The notes under the pieces were generated by a model. It saw nothing but the letters and a program-made list of their open reading frames with translations. It had not been told where the DNA came from and did not search any database. A program made the position numbers and the translations under genes. DNA of 64,000 nucleotides. It comes from Ignavibacteria bacterium. GTDB lineage: Bacteria; Bacteroidota; Ignavibacteria; Ch128b. Where the stretch lies: the NCBI GenBank assembly GCA_013177855.1, contig JABLYA010000001.1:417231-481230 (forward strand). The letters are read 5' to 3'. This document shows, piece by piece, positions 38,775-47,646 of this stretch (its first letter is position 1; every line of letters begins with the position of its first letter).

Positions 38775-40382
38775 CTATTTTAGATAAATCATCTTTTTTA
38801 TTAATTCTTTGCTTGAGCTTTGAAGTTTATAAATATAAATTCCCGAAGGTAATTTATCTGCATTAAAAACAGTCTGGTAGTGTCCCTTTTTAAGATAATC
38901 ATTTACGAGGGTTTTTATTTTTTGACCTAGTAAATTAAAAATTTCTAAACGAACAAAATCATCTTCAGGTATTTCAAATTCAATGTTTGTTTGAGAATTG
39001 AAAGGATTTGGAAAATTTTGAGCAAGATAAAAATTCTTTATCGTTTTCGTTTGAGTTTCTCTCTCAACATCAAGTAATTGATTTATATTAACCCGTGCAG
39101 TCCAGAGTTGGTAGTTACCTGTCGAGTTATCCATCCAGATAGGAATTAAGTAATTATCAATTGATGTTAAAGCAATCAAATCTCCTTGATATCCCTGTCC
39201 AAGTCCACCAATTGCTTCAGGTTTGAAATTATGATCACTAATTTGGTAATCAACAAAAGAATTACCGCCATCAGTTGATCTTGAAAGAAAAACTCCAGTT
39301 GAGTCTGATGTTGTGTTTCTATCATCATAATAAAGAATATTAATTGCGCCATATTGATCTATTGTTAAAGCTGGGAAGTACTGTATTTTTCCATTATTTA
39401 ATTGATCTTGATTTACTCTGATTGGTCCTTGCCAGCTTAAACCTTTATCTGTTGAACGATATAAAATCACATCAGGATCTCTACCTGCAGCACCAAAATT
39501 TTTTTGAGTGGTAACAATATAAATCCATCCGTCTCGCTCACCACCTATTGTATCAATTGCAATTTTGGGTTGTCCATTTACTCGAATATTTTGTTTTTCC
39601 GGTAATTGTCCTTGAATTCCATTAACTGCAAAAGCTTTTTCAGTGACTTGCCATGTTGCACCGCCATCTGTTGACTTTGCAAATCCTATGAATTGTTCTT
39701 GAAATGGAGAACTAGCAGCAACAACCGCCCAAGTCAGATAGACTTCACCATTTTTGCCAATAACAATATCTCCGCCAGCACATCGTTGAGTAGGATTATT
39801 AATTTGTCTCGGCTGTGACCAGGTTATTCCACCGTCATCACTATATGAAAAGTAAAGAGCATACGGCGGATTAAATCGAACCCACACTGAATATGTTCTT
39901 CCATAAAATGGACTGTTAGGGAAAACGTCTGATGCAAGAATTGCTCTTTCTAGGTCATGATCATTTATTGCATTCTGAAATGACCAGGTTTTTCCAAAAT
40001 CTGTTGAATAATGTACATAAAGACCAACAAATGGTGAACGACCTAACCTTGTCAAGATAAATGTTCCATTTTTATCGATAGCAACTGCAGGATCACCACC
40101 ATGAAAATTTATGTATTCACCTTTGCATGTATCTGAACCAAACCAATTCAATCCCGCATTTGTTGAAACATATACACCTTCAGAAACAAAAAATGGAAGG
40201 AATTTAATTGTATTCGCTGAAACAAATAAAGTATTTCTATCGTGAGGATGACGAACTACAACAGGTTCTGTTTGAGAAATAGAAGAGGGGTAAAGAAGAA
40301 AATTCTTCACCCCCGTGTTTTGAAAGGATTGAGAAAATACTTCAGCACCAAAAACTAAAAGAAGACAAATAATAAAAATCAT
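38775..40382 (-). CDS. BNR/Asp-box repeat (sialidase-like) protein with T9SS type A C-terminal domain
   Basis: 535 aa. Five SxDxGxTW-type boxes (STDFGKTWS, SDDGGITWS, STDGGATWQ, STDKGLSWQ, STDGGNSF). C-terminal YLAQNFPNPFNSQTNIEFEI...GIYIYKL. Confidence 0.7.
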   Translation of the reverse strand: MIFIICLLLVFGAEVFSQSFQNTGVKNFLLYPSSISQTEPVVVRHPHDRNTLFVSANTIKFLPFFVSEGVYVSTNAGLNWFGSDTCKGEYINFHGGDPAVAIDKNGTFILTRLGRSPFVGLYVHYSTDFGKTWSFQNAINDHDLERAILASDVFPNSPFYGRTYSVWVRFNPPYALYFSYSDDGGITWSQPRQINNPTQRCAGGDIVIGKNGEVYLTWAVVAASSPFQEQFIGFAKSTDGGATWQVTEKAFAVNGIQGQLPEKQNIRVNGQPKIAIDTIGGERDGWIYIVTTQKNFGAAGRDPDVILYRSTDKGLSWQGPIRVNQDQLNNGKIQYFPALTIDQYGAINILYYDDRNTTSDSTGVFLSRSTDGGNSFVDYQISDHNFKPEAIGGLGQGYQGDLIALTSIDNYLIPIWMDNSTGNYQLWTARVNINQLLDVERETQTKTIKNFYLAQNFPNPFNSQTNIEFEIPEDDFVRLEIFNLLGQKIKTLVNDYLKKGHYQTVFNADKLPSGIYIYKLQSSSKELIKKMIYLK

Positions 40383-42517
40383 AAAGTATATCCGAGGTGT
40401 ATGTTTATGAAATACATTCTTGGTTCACCGAGTTCATAAAATCTGTTAGATGTTGAGTTTATATTGATGAAACCAACATATCTTTTATCGAATATATTAT
40501 TCACACCAGTACTCAACAAGACATTTACTCTTCCAAATCTTTGATCAATTCCAATCATAAAATTGAGAAGATTATAAGAATCGGTTTTTTCTGAATTTAC
40601 ATCATTTACATACATTCCACTAATATATTGATAGCTCAATTTTGAAAAGAAATCTGTATTAAGTGCTAATGATTTTTCATAAGTCAATGCAATGTTTAAG
40701 TTATGTTCAGGAACGCTTGGAACAACATTTCCAGAATAGTTTTGCTCTGTGATTACAAAATTGTTTTGATTACCAGTTATAGCTTGTGCTGTGTATTCTA
40801 CATAACGGAAAAGTGAATAAGTATAACTTGTCTTTAATCTAAAACCATACATTAATTTTGAGTCACTACCAAATTCAATTCCTCTTCTCCATGTTTTAGC
40901 AGCATTTCGGTAAAATACACTTCCAAAAACTTCGAATGGAACAATTTCATCTCTAATTACACTGCTGAATAAAGTAAGATCAAATGTATTGTCTGAAAAA
41001 ACTGGTAAATCAACAAATTTTAATCTTCCTTTTAAGCCGAGTTCGAAGTTTGTTGAAAATTGTGGTTTCAAATCGGGATTAAGTAATCCAGCTCCAGCAT
41101 CTGAACTTAACGGGAAATTATCAAGCTCATTTCCTGCTGGCACATCAAAACTGTATCCTGCTGAACCATAAATTGCAAGATCAGGGTGTAACTTATAATT
41201 CAATCCAAGTTTAGGAGTGAACGCATTAAACTTTCTAATTGAATTCCTCGACTCGGCAAGTCTATCTATATCATAGAAAGTTACATTATCATATCGTCCA
41301 CTAATTAAAAGATTTAATTTATCAGGTATAAGCGAATATGTATCAAGCAAGAATAAACCAGCATTAGAAATTGTTTCATTTGTTATTCCACGCAGCACAT
41401 CTGTCTTTAGTCCATTTACATTTGAATAAACTTCAATTGGTCCGGTTTGATAAAATAAATCAATTCCAGCGGTGAACTCATTTTTCTTACCAAGGAATAA
41501 TGTCCTGTTTGTATATTTAGATGTTCCACCCACACCCCATCTATTAAAAATCCTAAATCTCCTATCAACTCTTTCAAAGTATTTGATTGTTCCATAACCA
41601 GAAATTTCAATTTCGTTAGCATTATTTTCACCCCAGAATTTATTATATCTCAAACCTACTCTGCCCTTTCTCGAATATCTTCGGTAATCAAAATTTTTTT
41701 CATCAGGTGCAGCTTGAAATGGATCTTGTTGATATTCTGCAAGTTTCAATGAACCCGGAAGTTTTATCATACCATCAACAAAATATCCAAGAACTTCTAA
41801 TCTGGAATTATCTCCAGGAGTTACTTCAAACACGGTATTTAAGATGTTCCAAAAATCAGGGCTATGTTCACGATATCCTTCGTAATTATGGTAAGTGTAA
41901 GTCATTATCAACCCGGCGTTTTTCGATCTTAAATTTACTTTAAAACCATTTCGTCGCAAACCATAACTACCAATTTCATTAAATTGAGTCACATAATTTA
42001 CTGGCGAATAAACATTATTAATGAAATTTACAACTCCACCTGGAGCGTTTGTATAAAGTGATGACGAGTTGCCTTTTACAATCTCAATTCTACCAACAGC
42101 GTTAAAATCAATTGCCTCAATTCTTGTTTGACCATCTGGTTCAGATTCTGGGATACCATCAAGTAAAATTCTCACTCCTCGAATTCCGGTATTCGATCTA
42201 CTTCCAAAACCTCGAATTGAAATTCTGACATCATGATTTCCATATCTTGACTGCATAAAAACACCCGGCACAAATCCGAGCACATCGTTAATTGATGTCT
42301 TCTTATCAAATTTATAATTCAGGTTTGTTAATGTAGTAACTGAATACGGAATATCGATTGCTCGCTGGTATGTTCTTGTTCCTGTAACCACAACTTCTTC
42401 AAGCTGATATGATATTGTATCTGATTTTGGAATTAGATAGTATTTATCATCATACTTTTGCTGTGCAAAAGAAAGTAATGGAATTAGAAGAGACAATAAA
42501 ATATAATGAAGCTTCAT
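40379..42517 (-). CDS. TonB-dependent receptor
   Basis: 712 aa. Signal peptide, plug-domain motifs EEVVVTGTRT...DVLGFVPGV...IRGFGSRSNTGIRGVRILLDGIP, long beta-barrel. 4-nt overlap with the BNR gene. Confidence 0.75.
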   Translation of the reverse strand: MKLHYILLSLLIPLLSFAQQKYDDKYYLIPKSDTISYQLEEVVVTGTRTYQRAIDIPYSVTTLTNLNYKFDKKTSINDVLGFVPGVFMQSRYGNHDVRISIRGFGSRSNTGIRGVRILLDGIPESEPDGQTRIEAIDFNAVGRIEIVKGNSSSLYTNAPGGVVNFINNVYSPVNYVTQFNEIGSYGLRRNGFKVNLRSKNAGLIMTYTYHNYEGYREHSPDFWNILNTVFEVTPGDNSRLEVLGYFVDGMIKLPGSLKLAEYQQDPFQAAPDEKNFDYRRYSRKGRVGLRYNKFWGENNANEIEISGYGTIKYFERVDRRFRIFNRWGVGGTSKYTNRTLFLGKKNEFTAGIDLFYQTGPIEVYSNVNGLKTDVLRGITNETISNAGLFLLDTYSLIPDKLNLLISGRYDNVTFYDIDRLAESRNSIRKFNAFTPKLGLNYKLHPDLAIYGSAGYSFDVPAGNELDNFPLSSDAGAGLLNPDLKPQFSTNFELGLKGRLKFVDLPVFSDNTFDLTLFSSVIRDEIVPFEVFGSVFYRNAAKTWRRGIEFGSDSKLMYGFRLKTSYTYSLFRYVEYTAQAITGNQNNFVITEQNYSGNVVPSVPEHNLNIALTYEKSLALNTDFFSKLSYQYISGMYVNDVNSEKTDSYNLLNFMIGIDQRFGRVNVLLSTGVNNIFDKRYVGFININSTSNRFYELGEPRMYFINIHLGYTL

Positions 42518-42579
42518 ACTTCCTCCACTTAAGTTTTTTTACAATAAAAGAATTTAATTCTAATTAATTAGTTGGCTGA

Positions 42580-43125
42580 TTAGAAAAATAATCGTGGAGG
42601 AGGATCAGGAATGATGAGACAAAAATCAAGAGGATTTTCAGAATTTAAAGAAATACTGATTGAATAATTTTGTTGAAGAAAATTATTTAAATCTTGAATA
42701 ACGAAAAATTCAGTTTGAAGTGAGCTTAACAATTGTTTTATTGGTAGTGGTAAATCCTGGCGGTGTTCATTATTTACAATATAACTAACAAATATTGCCT
42801 CTAAATTTTCTTCTTTTGTGTCATTAATGCACTTATAATAAATAGAATCTCCCGACTCCCATATTGTAATTATATCATACATCTTTCCGTTATACTTAAA
42901 CTCATGATCTTCTATGAAATCCAGTTTAATTTTACCATTTAATAAATCTTTTTTTGAAAAACCTAGAACATCTACAACCTGATTAAAATTATTCTTTTTT
43001 ATTTGTTCTTTGATAGCCCTTTTGTGATAAAATTTAATTTGATTATAAATGATAATTATTCCCACCGAGTTGGAAACAGTAAAAACTACAATTAAAAAAA
43101 ATATTAGAAGATTTTTTAATCGCAT
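42580..43125 (-). CDS. Hypothetical membrane-anchored protein
   Basis: 181 aa, single N-terminal TM helix. No recognisable motifs. Confidence 0.3.
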   Translation of the reverse strand: MRLKNLLIFFLIVVFTVSNSVGIIIIYNQIKFYHKRAIKEQIKKNNFNQVVDVLGFSKKDLLNGKIKLDFIEDHEFKYNGKMYDIITIWESGDSIYYKCINDTKEENLEAIFVSYIVNNEHRQDLPLPIKQLLSSLQTEFFVIQDLNNFLQQNYSISISLNSENPLDFCLIIPDPPPRLFF

Positions 43126-43233
43126 AAATTACCGGTCATAATCTATTGAAATTTACAAAATTCGAGAAAAATTTTTTAACAAGATCTTTGAAAAGAAACC
43201 CTTAAAAGTTAAAAGAGAGGGACATGAATGAAA

Positions 43234-44239
43234 TTACAAACGAATTTCTTTATTATTTTTTGCTGATTTATAAATAGCTTCAATTAACTTTATTCTCAAA
43301 ACGGCTTCGTGAATTGTAGAGACCCAGTTTCCTAAGCCATTTACAGCAGCAAAAAAGTGTTTCAATTCATTTTCATAAGACTTTAAATAAAGATTTGAAG
43401 ATGAACTACGGTGTGAATTAGTTAATTCCATTTGGGAGGTTCCAATTTGTTTGAAAATCCTTAAGGGATTTAGTAGACCAACACCATCAACACCGAATAA
43501 ATTGAAATAAAAAAACTCATTTTCACTGCTTAAAATCCAGCTGACCTCAAAGTTTATTACCTGATCATCTTTTGTTTTAATCATTGCGACTGCAGAATCC
43601 TCAACATTTTTAGTTGTATGGAAGAAATTATAAGCACATACAGAATAAACTTCTGGATAATTTAACATCCACATGGCAAGGTCAATAATATTTATTGCCA
43701 GATCCATTATAACTCCACCGCCTGCATAATTTTTATTAACAAACCATGACTGGGCGGAACTTCGTGGTCTGAACCATCCTGTGCGTACTAAATATGGTTT
43801 CCCAAATTCATTTGCTTCAACTAGACTTTTCAAAAGCATTGCATCAGGACGAAATCTCGTATTAAAACCAACCATTAAATTTGTATTATTTTTTTCTAAT
43901 ACTTTTCTTAATTCTTCAGCTTCTTTATACGATCGTGTAACTGGTTTTTCAACAAACAAATTTTTACAATATTGACTTGCGTATTCAGCAATTTCTTTGT
44001 GAGTATTTGTTGGAGTTAAGATCATTACTGCGTCAAATTCATTTTCCTCGAAGAATCTGGTTAAGTCATCATAGGTTTTTTTTTATATCATACTTTTCTT
44101 TAATGATAGAGAGTTTTCTTTTGTCAATATCACATATCGCTTCAATTTCAACATTATTTAGTTTCTTAAGAATTGGCAGATGAATAATTTGAGCTACCGC
44201 TCCACATCCAATAATGCCGACCTTAATTTGTTTTTTCAT
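43234..44239 (-). pseudogene. Gfo/Idh/MocA-family oxidoreductase interrupted by a +1 frameshift in a 9-nt homopolymer
   Basis: N-terminal MKKQIKVGIIGCGAVAQIIHLPILKKL (Rossmann GxGxxA) reads from ATG 44239 and stops at 44069-44071. Removing one T from the T9 run at 44076-44084 joins it in frame to ...KTYDDLTRFFEENEFDAVMILTPTNTHKEIAEYASQYCKNLFVEKP... (track ORF 43234-44025). Confidence 0.6.
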
Positions 44240-44247
44240 AAATAAAC

Positions 44248-46155
44248 CTAGTTATTTTCTGAAAAATGTTTATGCAACGAATGTAATTCAGCTCTTACTT
44301 TAGCAGCGATTCCTTTAGGATCAATTCCTAGCATAGCATGCAGTTCTTGCTGTGTTCCATGATCAATAAATTGATCCGGCAGACCAACCAACTCTATATC
44401 ATTTTTAGCATCCACTTTAGCTGCAAACTCTAACACTGCAGAACCTAATCCGCCAATAATCGTATTTTCTTCAAGAACAAAAATCTTTTCAAATCGTTTG
44501 AAAATATCTAATAATAATTCTTCATCAAGCGGTTTTACAAATCTCATATTAACTACTTCACAATAGATATCATCTTTGGCTAAATTCTCCGCTGCAATGT
44601 TTGCGTAATTTACCATACTTCCAATTGCGAGCAATGCAACATCATTTCCTTGTCTTAAAATTTCTCCTTTGCCTATTGGGATTTTTTCAAATTCTTTTTT
44701 GATTGGCACTCCCAACGCACTACCTCGTGGATATCTTAAAGCTATTGGGCCTTTTCGATATTCAATGGCAGTATATAACATATTTCTAAGTTCTGCTTCA
44801 TCCTTTGGCGCCATTAGTACCATTCCGGGGATTAATCTTAAATAAGTAAGATCAAATGCACCATGGTGGGTTGGACCATCTGCCCCTACAAGTCCAGCTC
44901 TATCAAGGACAAAAACAACGGGTAATTTTTGAATTGCCACATCATGTATAATTTGATCAAATGCTCTTTGTAAGAAGGTAGAATAAATTGCAACAACAGG
45001 AATAATTCCTTCGGTTGCAAGTCCAGCTGCAAATGTTACCGCATGCTGTTCAGCAATACCAACATCAAAAAATCTTTCTGGAATTTCTCTTTGAAGAATA
45101 TCCAGCCCAGTTCCATCAGGCATTGCTGCCGTAATGCCAACAACTTTTTCATTCATTCTGGCAATTTCAACAAGAGTTTCGCCAAAGATTTTAGTGTAGC
45201 TTGGAACATCAGATTTTTTGATTGCTTTTCCAGTAACTTTGTCAAATGGAGTTACGCCATGTAACTTTTGAGAATCCTCTTCTGCAGGTTTATATCCTTT
45301 GCCTTTCTGAGTTGTAATGTGAACTAAAATAGGACCTTTTAAGTCTTTTACGTGACGGAAAATTTTAACTAATTGTTGAATATTATGCCCATTAAATGGA
45401 CCAAAATATCTAAATCCTAACGCTTCGAATAAAGCACCCGGCGTTACAATTGCTTTAATTCCACCTTCCACTCTTCCAACTACTTTTCTAATTCTATCCC
45501 CAATTTCATCAAATTTATGAGTCAGTTCCCAGACTTGGGCTTTGAACTTATTAAACTGTGGTGATGAAGTTATCTCAGTAAAATATTTTGAAAATTGCCA
45601 AACATTCGGAGCGATAGACATATTATTATCATTCAAAACAACAATTAAATCTCTTTTTTGAATACCTGCATTATTCATTGCTTCATAAACCATTCCGCCG
45701 GTCATTGCACCATCGCCGACAATGGCAACAACTTTAAATTTTTCATTCAAGAAATCTCGAGCCGTTGCAATTCCGAGTGCAGCAGAAATTGCAGTGCTTG
45801 CATGACCCGCTCCAAAAACATCATATTCACTTTCTGTTCTTTTTAGAAATCCACTGATTCCACCAAATTGTCGAATTGTTTTAAGTGCCTCTCTCCTGCC
45901 TGTAATTATCTTATGTGGGTATGCTTGATGACCTGTATCCCAGACAAGTTTATCATAGGGCGTGTTAAAAACATAGTGCAGAGCAACTGTTAACTCAACT
46001 GCGCCCAGACCAGCACCTAAATGTCCTCCTGTTTTAGAGACAACATCAATCATATAATCACGGATTTCTTCACAGACAAATTTTAATTCTGTAACAGGAA
46101 TATTTTTCAAATCTGCCGGGGAATCGATTTTCGTGAGATATTTATATTCTTTCAT
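44248..46155 (-). CDS. dxs: 1-deoxy-D-xylulose-5-phosphate synthase
   Basis: 635 aa. ...GGHLGAGLGAVELTVALHYVFNTPYDKLVWDTGHQAYPHKI... and GDGAMTGGMVYEAMNNAG TPP-binding motif. Confidence 0.9.
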   Translation of the reverse strand: MKEYKYLTKIDSPADLKNIPVTELKFVCEEIRDYMIDVVSKTGGHLGAGLGAVELTVALHYVFNTPYDKLVWDTGHQAYPHKIITGRREALKTIRQFGGISGFLKRTESEYDVFGAGHASTAISAALGIATARDFLNEKFKVVAIVGDGAMTGGMVYEAMNNAGIQKRDLIVVLNDNNMSIAPNVWQFSKYFTEITSSPQFNKFKAQVWELTHKFDEIGDRIRKVVGRVEGGIKAIVTPGALFEALGFRYFGPFNGHNIQQLVKIFRHVKDLKGPILVHITTQKGKGYKPAEEDSQKLHGVTPFDKVTGKAIKKSDVPSYTKIFGETLVEIARMNEKVVGITAAMPDGTGLDILQREIPERFFDVGIAEQHAVTFAAGLATEGIIPVVAIYSTFLQRAFDQIIHDVAIQKLPVVFVLDRAGLVGADGPTHHGAFDLTYLRLIPGMVLMAPKDEAELRNMLYTAIEYRKGPIALRYPRGSALGVPIKKEFEKIPIGKGEILRQGNDVALLAIGSMVNYANIAAENLAKDDIYCEVVNMRFVKPLDEELLLDIFKRFEKIFVLEENTIIGGLGSAVLEFAAKVDAKNDIELVGLPDQFIDHGTQQELHAMLGIDPKGIAAKVRAELHSLHKHFSENN

Positions 46156-46397
46156 TCTTCCTCTTCACCATTATTTTCCAATTTAGTTTTTTTAATCATT
46201 CCATTTAGTTCACGCTTGAGCTGATTCACTTTCAACTCAGCTTGATTAAGAGTTTCAAGCAATCTTTTCGAGAGAATTACACCCTCTTCGAAAAGTTTTA
46301 ATGATTCTTCCAGAGTAATGTCTCCTGATTCCAATTTGAGAGCGATTTCCTCGAGTCTTTCAAAATCTTTTTCAAAAGATGATTTCGATTTAGCCAT
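46152..46397 (-). CDS. xseB: Exodeoxyribonuclease VII small subunit
   Basis: 81 aa. FEKDFERLEEIALKLESGDITLEESLKLFEEG pattern. Overlaps dxs by 4 nt. Confidence 0.8.
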   Translation of the reverse strand: MAKSKSSFEKDFERLEEIALKLESGDITLEESLKLFEEGVILSKRLLETLNQAELKVNQLKRELNGMIKKTKLENNGEEEE

Positions 46398-47574
46398 TGA
46401 TCTTTACCTTCCCGTCATAAAATTCAATTTCTGTTGAATAGTTTTGAGCGAACAAGCTCTTTCTCGAAATAATTTTATCGTTTTGTCTGACAATTGCAAA
46501 CCCTTTTGATAAAGTAAGTTTCGGATCAGACAGGTTAATTGTATTTTCAAGTTTTCTTAATAATTGTTTTTTATCGTTCAAAAAGTTTTGAATTGATTGA
46601 TTAAATCTAAAAAAAGTGAAATCAAATTTTTGCTGATTGTTATTTAATAGTGATTCAGGCAGCACAAAAGAGTAACTCCTTAACTGACCGTATAAATTTT
46701 CCTTTTTTCTTCTCAAAAAATCTTTTATCAATTTATAGAGCGCCTCGTCGTATTCATTTAACAATTCAACTAATTGTTCAAGTCTTGGAGTTACAAGTTC
46801 AGCAGCTGCAGTGGGTGTTGCTGCTCTCAAGTCAGCGACAAAATCAGCAATTGTAAAATCAACTTCGTGACCAATCCCTGTTACAATTGGGATTTTAGAA
46901 CGAAAAATGGCTCTCGCAGTAACTTCTTCATTAAATGCCCAGAGATCTTCTAAAGAACCTCCTCCACGACAGAGAATTATAACATCAACATCGCCATATT
47001 CATTCATTAAATCTAAAGCATTTGAAATTTCGTTTGCTGCGCCCTCACCCTGAACAGAAGTATGCGCTAAAACAACTTCAACTACTGGAAATCTTCGCCT
47101 GATTACAGCCAAAACATCCCGCAATGCTGCACCATCTTTGCTTGTAACTATGCCTATTCTTGAAGGAATTTTGGGTATTGGTTTTTTAAATCTCTCATCA
47201 AATAATCCTTCTGCGGCTAATTTTCTTTTGAGAGCTTCAAAGGCAATCTGTAATTCACCTACTCCGAGCGGTTTCATTGAAGAAACTTCAATCTGATAAC
47301 TGCCTCTTGGCTCGTAAACATTTATTCTTCCAGTTACAATTATCTTCATTCCATCTTGTGGAGTGAAGAAAACATAAGAATTCAATCCACGCCACATTAC
47401 GCAGCTTATCTGAGAATTCTCATCTTTAAGCGAAAAATACCAGTGACCTGATTGATATGCTTTAAAGTTAGAGATCTCACCGACAACTGTAATGTAATCA
47501 AAACTTGTCTCTAAAAGGATTTTGATTTCTCTATTAATCTCGGAGACAGAATAAATTTTTGCTTGATTTACCAT
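46390..47574 (-). CDS. xseA: Exodeoxyribonuclease VII large subunit
   Basis: 394 aa. OB-fold N-terminus ...YITVVGEISNFKAYQSGHWYFSLKD... and catalytic core ...IGIVTSKDGAALRDVL. Confidence 0.85.
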   Translation of the reverse strand: MVNQAKIYSVSEINREIKILLETSFDYITVVGEISNFKAYQSGHWYFSLKDENSQISCVMWRGLNSYVFFTPQDGMKIIVTGRINVYEPRGSYQIEVSSMKPLGVGELQIAFEALKRKLAAEGLFDERFKKPIPKIPSRIGIVTSKDGAALRDVLAVIRRRFPVVEVVLAHTSVQGEGAANEISNALDLMNEYGDVDVIILCRGGGSLEDLWAFNEEVTARAIFRSKIPIVTGIGHEVDFTIADFVADLRAATPTAAAELVTPRLEQLVELLNEYDEALYKLIKDFLRRKKENLYGQLRSYSFVLPESLLNNNQQKFDFTFFRFNQSIQNFLNDKKQLLRKLENTINLSDPKLTLSKGFAIVRQNDKIISRKSLFAQNYSTEIEFYDGKVKING

Positions 47575-47646
47575 TTAAATTTTGCTGTTTGTGTAAACAA
47601 ATTACAAAAATTGATTTTGTTAGAAAAACGATCGATGGTCAAGAGG

